A stretch of 64,000 nt of DNA, taken from the NCBI GenBank assembly GCA_047495785.1, contig JBLDXI010000042.1, positions 3,348,001 to 3,412,000 on the forward strand, read 5' to 3'. Shown here piece by piece: positions 13,254 through 25,540 of this stretch. The stretch comes from Lepidodermella squamata (Eukaryota > Animalia > Gastrotricha). Made by a program: the position numbers and the translations under genes. The notes below the pieces were generated by a model that saw nothing but the letters and a program-made list of their open reading frames with translations, made no database searches and was not told the DNA's origin. Numbering within the stretch: position 1 is the stretch's first letter; every line of letters starts with the position of its first letter.

Positions 13254-16200
13254 TTATTGATAGCCACTGAAAGGTAACGGAGTGGCAGGTACACCGGATG
13301 AGTAACTATCAGACAAGACCAAATCCAATTTTTTCAATAATACTTCAAAAATTTGTTGCGTATGATTGTCTTCAAATTCACCGAAAATCAACGAACGAGC
13401 GTATTGAAACATCAACTGGTAATCATTATAATTAGTAAAACGCATATTCGCATCGAGTTCGCCAATCATTTTAGCCAGTAAATCGCACGCATTGCTCTGC
13501 GGCCACTTTCGCTTTTCGGCCAAAATTTCATTTATCGATGATTTGATCGCGTCCGAGGTGGATTCGTGTTTTAATACGGCCGTCAGTTCGTCGAAGAAAG
13601 CGTTGAACCAAATTAAAAGGCCGTTTTCTTCTATCACAGATGAAATTTGCTCGCCGAATTCGGTTAGAATCACAGACAAACATTCAAAAGATTCGTTAGA
13701 TCTGGTAGCTAGGAAATAGTCGATCACAGAAACAACAAATTTGACATCGATATGGCCCAATAAAAACAGCTTTCCAATCAATCTGCGAAAAATATATTAT
13801 TTTAGAAAGGAAATTGAATTTTCTGACAATTCAAAGCTGAAAACACGAATTCAAGTTAAAAAACGTCATGTCGTATATGATATTATTGCACTAGCAATGA
13901 TAATAGAACCACACGTTCAAGAAGAAGACAGAAGACCATATACCATTTAACTGAGAAAAAAATACCTCGTAAAATTTAACCGCTGGATTGAGCTGGATTC
14001 TTCCGCGTTATTTGTAAGAAATTTCAAACAAAAGCGATCGAACAATTTCCGGAGATTTTTCCCTCTCCCATAGTCATTTGCGAAAAGAATAGCTGTAGCT
14101 TTCGCTGCTTCCAACAAATCAGCATCATGCGATGCCTGATCGATCATCTGAATAAAATGAATATATTTCAATTTTTTTATCGGATTATTGAACCTCACCT
14201 TTTTAATCACGATTTGCAGAAAAGTAGAGAATTCGATAGGCGATTTAATTGTCATCATTTTAATTATCAAAGGCCTTAGCCAAATGCTGGCCTCAGTTCT
14301 CAAACAAATCCCTTCCAGAGGGTCCATAATTTCTTCTTCCACGTAAGGCTTAGCAATCCACGCTCCATTCTGCGAATATTATCAGTTACGGGAAAATTAT
14401 TGGTAAGTTAACTACCTTCAGAAAATCTTGAAGAAACTGTTCAACTTCGGCTTGAGAAATGTCGCTGAAAATCTTTTTACGGGCTGCTTGAGCTAACCGC
14501 TCGGTTTTTTCTTCCCAGAATCGAATTTTATCAGCTGCCAACTTTGAGCGATCGAGGACTGAGTAAAAAGTTTGAACAACACGAAACAACGCAATATGTC
14601 CGATCTCTGACTCGTCTTGGCTGAAGAAAGCCGCATGGCTCTCGAAGGCTTCGTTGTCTACAAAACCAGAGGAATACAGCTCGCCAATGACCCTATAAAT
14701 TACAAATTTATAACAAACTAATACGGATAAATTGCTCACTTGAGTCTTGACTGATATTTTACAACGTCTGCGATAGCTTTCAACGATTTTGGCTTTCCGC
14801 AAGTCAGATTAATTTGACTCAGGCACGTAACAGTTTGCCCTTGGGACGTTTTGATTTCAATCTGAATAGAATGAAATGAATTTTGAATTACAATCAGAGC
14901 AATTTCACAAACCGCTCGCAACGCATGAAGAAAAGTTAGGCAGGTTGCTTTACACGCAGGACTTGAAGATACAAGAATCTAAATTGGTCGCTTTTCAACA
15001 CATTTTAGCGCAAAAATTAGTCGAAGCACTTACCGAGTTGAGAACTTCGACAATGCACTTCATGAATTCGACCTGAGTATTACATTTAGTGACAGCTGCT
15101 ACAATTTCATTGGTCGATGGAGATAAATCTATAAATTGTAGCTTCTTAGGGTCTTTGAGTATATCCTGCAATATTCTCTTCACGGCATCAGACGGCTGCT
15201 CTTTAATATCATCATCCGAATCGTCCAAAACAATCGGTTTTTCTGAGGTCCCTGCTTTATCGAGATTCAACACTGGCGCCTTTACAGGGACTACGGCAGG
15301 TGGAATCGCTGTTGGAGCTGTTATATCCCAACGAGATTGGCGCTTCGGCGATATTTGCTTGGGCTGATCAAGACTGGACATTGGTCTCTTGACCGGTTCC
15401 TGTTTAGCTATCGGTTGATTTATTTGCTTCTGCTGGTCAAGACTGGACATTGGTCTCTTGACCGGCTCCTGATTAGCAACCGGTTGAATCAAGGGTTCAA
15501 TTTTCTTCACTATCCATGGCGATTTCTAAATTACGAAAAACGATAGAATGTCGCGGTACCAATCGACTATAATTACCGATATGAATTCTTGCAATCGACC
15601 AAAGGTAATAGGATCTCTTATTTTAGCGATACCCACACTTTTAAGCCTCTGTACGCAATTAATCATATATATTCTCATTTTCGGACTCTCCGTGATGAAA
15701 TTGCCTGCCAGCAAAGAGTAATAACTTTCAGCCAACTCTAGGAGGTTACCTAAACCGACATTGTCATCGGTTTTAGCGTTACTTTCAGTAATGCTCCTGA
15801 AAAGGTTGATTTCGATGATTTTCCGCTTCATCAATTCGTTGAATATAGGCATTCTTTTTCGCAGCTTATCCGGCGTCACTTTCTTCATGAAAAAACTGGC
15901 GAATGCGTTGACGAGGGTCAGCGGAAATTTACTATCAGTACACGAAACAGCTATCTGAAATGAAACGGTATTTTGACTGAGAATTAAATCAAGCACTTAT
16001 TATATACCCTTTCGAAGCGTTGCAAAAGCGAAGCAAATAGCGGGGCACACTCAGGTCCGGCATCGGCGGACTAAACGATGGAAATAATTCGATAAAGTCT
16101 GAGTTGGAAAGCAGGAAAATTTCATACATAGTCAACAATAACACCAACGTTAGCAAAAAAGCTCTTCTTCGTCTTGCAGTTAACAAGCACTGGGTGAATA

Positions 16201-16262
16201 GCGCTAGCAACCAGGTCAAGCTGATCTGGATTATCAAGCAGTTTTTTCAACAAAATAATCAT
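13254..16262 (-). CDS. Multi-exon multi-MIF4G protein G2 with internal 23-aa repeat, ULM-like and SIM-like motifs
   Basis: ATG 16262 (MIILLKKLLDNPDQLDLVA); ORFs 15526-15996, 14995-15510, 14386-14802, 13947-14342 and 13254-13781. Contains IGKLFLLGHIDVKFVVSVIDYFLATRSNESFECLSVILTEFGEQI. Confidence 0.7.
15353..15489. repeat. In-frame 69-nt tandem duplication inside G2
   Basis: Two copies encoding QEPVKRPMSSLDQ(Q/P)KQI, period 69 nt. Confidence 0.9.
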
Positions 16263-16426
16263 TTCAGCCTATATCATCGAGATAGAAAGCAAGCAAAATT
16301 TAAACAAAAGATCACTTTATTTTTCATAAGTAAAAAGACTTTTATTCGCTATACTTTACATCTACCACCAACAACAAAATATTGAGCACATATAGCTAAA
16401 TTTGAGCAAGTAAAATTGCAGAATGT

Positions 16427-19400
16427 TCAAGTCGTTTGGTTATACGGAACACTAGTCAGCGATATCACTCGAGCCGCCGAAGAGGTAGCCGGGCTTGACG
16501 GAATTTCATTCGTACCAGGCACAACCGGCTGCGATTTAACAATTGGAGCACTTTCAACCGTATTTTGAATTATATTAGCACCAGTATTGTTGTAAACAGG
16601 TAAGGTAGGCCAGGTGTATTGCTGATACGGAATCATCAACGAAATTTGTTGAACCTGATTTTGGGAAGTTGCCAAGTCGGAGAGACAGTTTTGGAATTCT
16701 GAAAGCATTATGTCCATCAGAGAGCACCCGAATTCAGCTGGGCAGTCTTTGTAAAAATTTCGAATTCGATTTAGCACAGCGTCGTATTTTGTCTGTTGTT
16801 TGAGCAAGGCAGGTGTTAATTCTAGCATCATTAATCTCAAACGTTTCGCAGCCATCTCTTCGTCGCTCAAAACAGGCCATGAGTTCTGCAAAAAAAATCC
16901 ACAAAATTCTCAACTCTGTTAAAATTAAGGGTAATAATTTACCGATTTCAGCTGTAAAATTTCCGAAACAACAATTCGCATTTTGATTGATGAATAAGAA
17001 TTCTGCCCAATTTGAGTCAAGTCGTTGAAGAAGTTGGTCCACCACATATCCATGCAATTAGCCCGAACTTCGGCCTCAAACTGCCGACCTGCGATAACGA
17101 GAATTTCCAGTAAGACTTCCACCATTTCATCGGAAATAACGCGGCCCAATAGCGAGCCAGTGAATGATAAGAACCAATTGAATGGCATCAGTTTTTCGCA
17201 AAATAACCGGGCGATTAATCTCGCTGCGCCTAAATATTTTCGTCGCACCGATGAATCCACCGTTTCGAATTTATCCTTCAAAATCATTTGCTCATTTGGC
17301 TGTAAAAAACGAGAGTCAACACAAGAAATTCAAGCAATGAGACCATTACCGAGCTACTAGAATCAATCTCAGCGAGAAGCTTATGCAGAGTCTCTTCGTT
17401 TTCACTTCGGCTTTCGTGGCTAAATAATTTTTCATAGGCCTCCCGTAAAGACACCATAAAGCCTTTACCGCCCTCATTTTTCAACGAATCAAGCTCTGTT
17501 ACAAGTTTTAGAGCAGCTTCGAGCGAAGAATTGTTGTCGATGTTGACGAAAAGACGGTTAATTATTGCCTCGGCAGCTTCGGTAAACAAGCATGGTGTTC
17601 CGAGTGATAATAAAGTCGACTTGAGAACTTTCACCGTAGTCATAATTCCGTCACTTTTCAGGAAATTCGTCTCCAAATAATCACAAAAATTTGCGTGGCT
17701 AATAGGAGCAACTTGTTCTTCCTCATGATTCTCGCTAATTTTTGCTTTTTTGGCTTTCGATTTATTGCCTTTCCGAAACCAGCCTCCTTTCTGAATCGAA
17801 TCGATAAATATTGCGTTCAAATTTTCGCGGATAAATCAGACAAACCTTCTCAACATCTTCTAAGAATGAAGAGATTTCATCAACACGATCATGGCCAATC
17901 AAATGTTTCGAGCATGATTTTGCGAGATTTTTCGTGGCTTTAGCCCAGAAATCACGTTCTTCATCCTCATATTTCCAAGATTTGTTATCAATCAACCAAT
18001 CGACCACGCGCAAGATTTCGTAAATAAACAGCGCTTTGGCGATTTTATCAGATTGTTCGGCATCAATAGCGCGGACGAAAATCTTGAAAACACTCTTCTC
18101 CAATAAATCGAGCCGATACAGCTCCTTGGCAACGGTCAGGAAGGGACAAAATTTGGCCAAATGCTTCAGTTTCGTGAATTTTTTGTAATTCAGCACGTAG
18201 TTCGTAAAAGCTTTGCAAAGAGAGTAACTCTTTCCCTTCTTTCCTGTAACAATCGAGACTGAACGGAGGCTATCTAACAACTGAATGTAGACAGGGAAAG
18301 CCTCCGATGAAGCGCTAGAAACCTAAAAATGCGGTAATAATAAGTTTCGGTAATAAAATACATTCCATGGTCTACTATAAACATACCACTGCCCAAATGG
18401 CAGCCGCAGCCTCACAGAGGCCGTCCTTTGTAGTAATAGAACGCAATACATTTTCCATTTCATTAGCTAACGAAGGCCAATTTTCGGGAATCGTTACGAC
18501 CGATTGAAGAATTTCGTTTATTTTCTGGGTGAAGTCTTCAGTTACAACATCAGATTTCTTCGCGTTTTCAGTCGGCTCATCAGTGTGATCTGACGTGGAT
18601 CCAATAAAAGGCTTTTCTTCGAAGCCTTCGTCCACCGCGTCAGAGGTAGCTTTTTGAGCCATTTCTGCTGCAACAACGATGACAGAATCATCATCGTCAC
18701 TTTCATCCACTTTATTATCATGAGTATTGACGTTGTTAGCAGTTTCTTGGAAAACAGTCTAAACCGATGCTAAATTAATTCCATGAGATCGTAAACTTTA
18801 TGAAACTTACATGCTTATTTTTTTCGGTACTTCTGATGATATAGCGAGCAATACTAGCTCGATGCCAGCCTCCTTTCTGTTTTAGTAAACAAATTCGTGA
18901 AAACAGGTAGGAGTTTCGTAACAACGAATCTTACAAGAGGAATAGCAGCTAAGAACGCTGAAATTTCTTGCGCTTTTTTGACATCTTTAATCGTATTTGT
19001 TTGACAAGCCATGGCCAAGGTACAGCAGCAATCTTCATAGAAAGCCGCCTCAACTTCCTTGTACTTCCAAAAATTGCCATCAGCCAATTTATCGACATTC
19101 GCCATGATTTCATATAGGGCCAGCATAGAAACCTCGTCTTCTTTACATGCAAGGTCTGCAGCCAGGTATTTGAATATGCCATGCAGAATCATCTTCTGCA
19201 GGTATAATGCGTTGATTAAAGGTAACGCTTCGCGAAATTTAGAAACATCGCCGAGTTTTGTAAACTTTTTAAAGTGCATCACCCAAGATGATACAACAGT
19301 GGTCACCCTGTTAGGGCTACCTCGATTTCCATTTCCCTTGTAAATATTCTGCAAAGCTTGGAGCAGTTGAATAAATGAAGACAGCTGAGATGTTCCGCAT

Positions 19401-20512
19401 TGAATGGCGAAAATTAAGATCGCATATATTGTGTCCCGAAATTTGCCGTCAGAGCATTTCCGCAAGGAATTTTCGATTTCACGAGCGCTAGATTCAATAT
19501 CTTGAGCAGTGCCACTCCATTTTGACACAAGTCGGCGAATAAATCCAATGCAAGAACGAATGGAAGGCGACAAATCTGAGTCATTAACAACTTGCAATTG
19601 CACGGGTTTTTCAGTTGTAACAGGACGGTTATCAACAGGCTTGGGCTTCGAAGAGATTATTTTCCTGTTCCAGCCACCTTTCTAAAATTGCTCGAAAGTT
19701 TGAATAATATTCTGCAACTTTTCTAATGCATTACCGTTTTCACAGAATTAAGAAACTCGGAGATCTCTTGGCTCGTAGTGCCCTCTGTGAAGCAAGTTTT
19801 TCCATTAGTAACTCTACCGCAGCAATCGGCCCATACTCTATCTTCGTTTGGACTCAAGAAGTATAAGCCGTCATCAATTAACCTGTCAACGATCTTCAGA
19901 ATTTCGAACAAGCAAAGCAAAGCGGTATTTGGCAGTTTTCCACGATGTCTGTTGAAGTTTTGAGCAAAAAATAGGAACGGTTTTCGCTGTAATAACTTTG
20001 CACGCTCCAGATCCTCCAAAAACGGCAAGGCACTAAGAAACTCATCCAAAGGAACTTTGTCCATAGTAGGCATAATTAGACACATTTTAGATACTAGTTG
20101 ATTAACAAATAGGTTTGAACCCGAATTCGTCACTATCTTCATCTGATCAAGTGAAAGAAAGCGTAAATCATTCATAAATTTGTTGATGAAACAATAGCAA
20201 ATAAGCTTACCAAGGCTATTTCTTTTAGGAAAGAAGCGATCGTCTGTTGTTTACTGCGATTTGCGGTATATGCCTAACCATATACGATAAAATATCGTAA
20301 CTATGTCATGGCCCATTCAATTTTACCTGGGTGAGGATGACCTCAATCGCCTGGATGAATTTACCCTCATCAGATGTAAGCGCCTCCATGAACAGCCTGG
20401 CCTGACGAAAAATATCACTTTTGTAGCACGTCATTTGGTCAGCCAGTTGGGCGATAGATCGTGGATCATCATTGCCGAGCGAATGACTTCGCTTGCGTTG
20501 ATTTGCTGCCAT
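16427..20512 (-). CDS. Multi-exon multi-MIF4G protein G1 (about four modules), first gene of the left array
   Basis: ORFs 20306-20512, 19723-20175, 18854-19603, 18375-18710, 17762-18280, 17284-17820, 16925-17287 and 16427-16891. Three internal modules each end with an intron then KGGW. The last module is RRKYLGAARLIARLFCEKLM..VEVLLEILVIAGRQFE..IKMRIVVSEILQLK. Confidence 0.72.
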
Positions 20513-22268
20513 GCGGTTTGATAGATTCAGGTTTTCACATATAAGCCACCTAGGAGAAAAATTGAATAATAAGGCTCCGTTTCACAGCACAGAACAGGCT
20601 AGAATATCTCACAAGTCATACGTCAACATAATACCTAATATATTTCATTTGTCACGCAAGGGGTGCAACTTAGAGATTTTAGGAAAGGTTTTTACGGAAA
20701 CTGAGCCAAGTTAGCACGGCCCAGCCGTCAGCAGTCAATTGACTCGAAATTACAAGGCTTAAGGAAAGCCCCGAGTTCAGGTTTCATTTGGGTTTCCTTT
20801 CTCTAAACTGATAGGAAACCATTTAAGAACAACGCAATATTATTCCAGCAAGTTCATAGATTAAAGTTATAGAAGCCTAACAAAACTAACAAAAAGCTAA
20901 CCAGATTAGCCGGTCAATCCATCATTCATCTCCCGCAAACGGTCACTGTTACCAGTTATCAGCCAATGCCGATTGTGGTTTTAACTGTTAGAAAACGCGA
21001 ACTAATTAGCAATCTCTTGTATGCAATAGTTCGTAGTTCATTGCTCACACGCAGGTTTCAATCTCAGCCACCAGCTCTTTATTGTCTCTCTCGCGGCGCA
21101 GAAGCGGATAATTCGAAAGTCGAGCGACCCGCCAAAAGCCCGCGCGGCCTCATAAATATTTCAGCGATATTAAAAGAATATATAACAATAATATTCTATG
21201 CGACTATCTTAATTTTTCAGTCTGAGCTTAAAAATAATTTTAGGATTATTTTTGATTCCGCAAAGGTTGCAAGGCTAGAGAGAGTTTTTCGGCGGAGTCG
21301 GTTCAAGCAGATGTCGTTAACGGTTCGTGACAGCCTTCAGCAGCCGTTCGCTTAGCGTAACGTAAAACGTAAGACACTCAACGCCACTTGTTAAGCCAGC
21401 CAAGAAGCGATAATCGATCAGACTCACTCACAACTTCCGTAAAAACACACATAGCGCATAAAGCGTGAACCCGTCATCCTTCTTCCACTTGCTTTGTCAA
21501 CTTTGTAGCTGTAAAGAACTTCGTTTCCTCCTGGTTTTTACTTACTTGATAGCTGTAAGCTTTTAAGTAATAAGTAATGAATGAAAACTTTTCCGATTGT
21601 AACCTTATTTGGTGTAGAGTTGCAACTTCAGCGCGCAGCAAACTCGCTTCGATTTTTAATATTTAGGTAAATATCAATCATCAATCAAGAATTCGCTGAT
21701 AGTATCATCCTATAGATTTAAGTATTTAGCCTTTAGTCCGTCATCTCTCCATACTCCATATGCTCTTGGTAGCTCATATCTCCTACAGAGATTTATTGAT
21801 TCTTGTTATATCAAAATGACCCCCTTACACCATACTTAATAAGTATTGTTCTCAAGATTTTTCTGCCTGGCAGATTGTCTCGCGCAGTTGTGTACGTGAT
21901 GCGTAATAGAGCTATTTTTAGGTATATTTCTGCTTGTGAGATAAAGCAAAGGCATCTCCAGCTGCTGCATCATGGCGCTGGGCTTGAGGAATTTAAGAAT
22001 CAAAAGCAATCTAATTGAAGATGTTTCCTTGGATGGATATCGAATCTTGATTTCTACATCTTTCTCTCTAGTAATTTATCAACTGCTCAGGGATATAAAG
22101 GTTATATAATATACGTTATAAGTTTGTTTGTGAATGATTCCCGAGGCGTTATTTGATATTTGATAGCGTGTGCTAACTAATTTGATTTGTTTAAATATTT
22201 TTCTGTGTTTTCCATTAGAACAGTCTTACATATTATCTCTGCTGAACCTATACGTATCTGCTTCCACT

Positions 22269-22844
22269 ATGAACCCACAAAATCAACTGCTAAAATGCCC
22301 TTTAAACCCTGTCCATAATGTCAAACGCAGCAGTATGGATTACCATCTTATCCGATGCATACAGGTTTGAGCTTCATTTTAATAAAGATTTCATCTTCAT
22401 GTCTGCATCTTTTTCTTAGCAAATCGGCGCAGATAAAGTAGAGAAGTGCCCTTTTAATGCTAGCCACGTTTGGCTCAAAGGCCCTGGCAAAAGCGTCGAA
22501 AAACACATGGAGACCTGCCCTAGTCGGGCGGTGGCGATGCAGGGATCTATTTATTTGAATCAGAATACTGCTGCTGCCCCTCCTCTCCCTATGGCCACGC
22601 GACCAGCTCCGGCTGCCGCTGATGACGAAGAAGACTGGGGCTCTGGACCGGCCCGCGAGAAACCGATGGAGATCCAAATCGGCCGAAGCAATTACGCCTA
22701 GTAAGATCTTATTTTCGCTTGGCTTGAATATACAACCTTTTATCCCATAATAGCTTACCTGCGGCCGAAAGACGTAAAATACGCGAAGACCAGTTGAAGG
22801 CATTTAAGGAAAGGATGGGCGAGCAGCAGCAAAGCAACGAATAG
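22269..22844 (+). CDS. GTSF1: GTSF1/Asterix-like protein with two CHHC (U11-48K-type) zinc fingers
   Basis: Exons 22269-22364, 22420-22700, 22754-22844. Fingers CPLNPVH..YHLIRC and CPFNASH..KHMETC, then an acidic DDEEDW motif and LPAAERRKIRE. Confidence 0.8.
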
Positions 22845-23382
22845 AGCACCAATGCTACCTCAAAATCTTGCCTATTCGTCACTGATCTTAACATCTTTCA
22901 GCGTTTATTGTTATATATTTTCTCAACAGCCATGAACAGTTTTCGAAAGTGAGACTTTTTTACGCGATATTTTCAGCAGAAACTGACCACTGATGGATAA
23001 TTTGTTGTATTATAAGCGGAAAATTTGGAAAGCTTTTAGCTTTTGTCTATGAAAAACTCCTTGGCAAACATTCTCTTTCTTTCCCGCAGAGGCAACTCGT
23101 TGAACCGCATAGTATGAGCTTAATTTTCCAGATAAACTGCAATTGTAAATGTAGCAACTACTGGCTCTGGAATGTCCTCGTTCAGTCAGGAGTTTCTTTA
23201 GCTATTTGCTGTCAAGGAAGGTCTCTGCGGCGAAAAAATCTCTTGCCTAAAAATGGTGCATTAAACTCTTGTTTTTTATCATCAGATAAAATAGGATGTT
23301 TTAATTTTGACTATTACCATTTTTAGATTTTTACGTTATAAGCAATCTTCACTGAGCCAGATTAATTCGTGTCCTAGCCTAG

Positions 23383-24086
<704 letters not shown>

Positions 24087-25540
24087 AAAATCAGTGTGGA
24101 AAATTTGATACAAAAAATGGAAAATTTCTTAACGTGTTGTAATCTTAATTCTGTGTTCTGCAATTATTTATCAACACATCAGCAACAATATGTATACATT
24201 TTTGCAAGTTTTATTGCGGTGCCAGTTGCCGCATGACCGAAAACATAGCTCCTTCCTCTTTCCGTATTTCGCAAACAATTAGGCAGCAAGGCGACAATAT
24301 TACAATGGTGCGAGTATTTCGTCTTCTTTGTGTAATCGTGTCTTTTCATATTAATGTAATTCGTACTTATTATACCAAAAAATTCGAAACACTTTGTATT
24401 GAATGCAGACTTCGACCTGGTTTTATACTACGTATTGAAAATAAAATTATTAGCATTTTTCTTGTATATAGTCGCGATTTTTTTTCAGTCGCGAGTAACT
24501 CGTTTCTTTTAGCCCGTTGAATCGAAATGATAGAATGCTCTTGATAAAAAGAAATTCAAATGAGAGAAATCTATTATAACACTAATTATTATTATGCAAA
24601 CAAAATTAACGAACTTTCCATTAATTGATTTTGTTTTAATGAATAATTCCGCACTCGCATATTCGCACCGAGACTCTGTGTTGTTGATGCTGAATCAAAA
24701 ATTGGTAGAAACTGACCGTCTTGTAAGGACCATGCGCTTTGGGAATTTCGGTTATATATTTTCGCCCGCGGTAAATTGCCTGCTAATTGCGTCTGCACCA
24801 AAGTGTAACGGCCAGTGCACGCAAAATCGTTGTCTAGGCTAATTATTTGTTGTCATTATAATAATCATATTCTCTCGCCATTTTTCTCTCTTCACCGAAA
24901 ACTGCTTTTTCTTTTTTGTCTATCTTCAACCACATATAATCTTATTTATCATCTCTGCACAACTTTCAAGCTTGTAATTTTTCAGGAAACCAATTTTTCG
25001 TGTTCGCTTGAAAAGTGCTGAAAAAAAACTTCATTGGTCGTGTTTTTTAGTCTTCTTTCCGCTTGCAAGGTGAAAAAATACATTTATTGTACCTGCTCTT
25101 CCCGAGTCTTTTAATCGCAGTTTTTTCTCTACAACTTGCGATGAAAATTCTCTTCGTAATCTATTCAAGTATGTGGTGTTTCTAAGGAAGAAAAACTGTT
25201 ATATAATAGTCAAATTCGCTGATAAAAATGTAATTTAAAAAGCTTTCAATGGCTTTTAAAATCGCGCAATTTCAATGTGCATTTCACACCACGCCTGCTT
25301 GCCTATAAAACGCGGGGCTTTGGACAGAGCGCATGCTAATATCGGATGCAAGTCTCTCGCTATAACTGAGCAAAACCTAAACACCACACTATACAGCTAT
25401 TAAATCTATATCGTGTAATTTCACCGCTGTAAAACAACAAATGTTACCTACTTTTTGTTTGGCTAACAATTTATGGAAAATTATTACAATTCCTTGCAAT
25501 AAACGCGAAAAATTGATAGTAGGTGATTACTGATTTTTTT

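Noticed and set aside
254-20512. Calling the array eIF4G, UPF2 or one giant gene
   Set aside because: No eIF4E-binding, MA3 or W2 region and no UPF2-specific sequence was recognised. Repeated stop codons are followed by homologous N-termini, and most junctions lack an in-frame donor.
258-20714. Many plus-strand ORFs of 60-120 aa over the array (and similar antisense ORFs over CCDC65, MTO1 and FoxQ2)
   Set aside because: They are antisense shadows of real exons, with no motifs or splice support.
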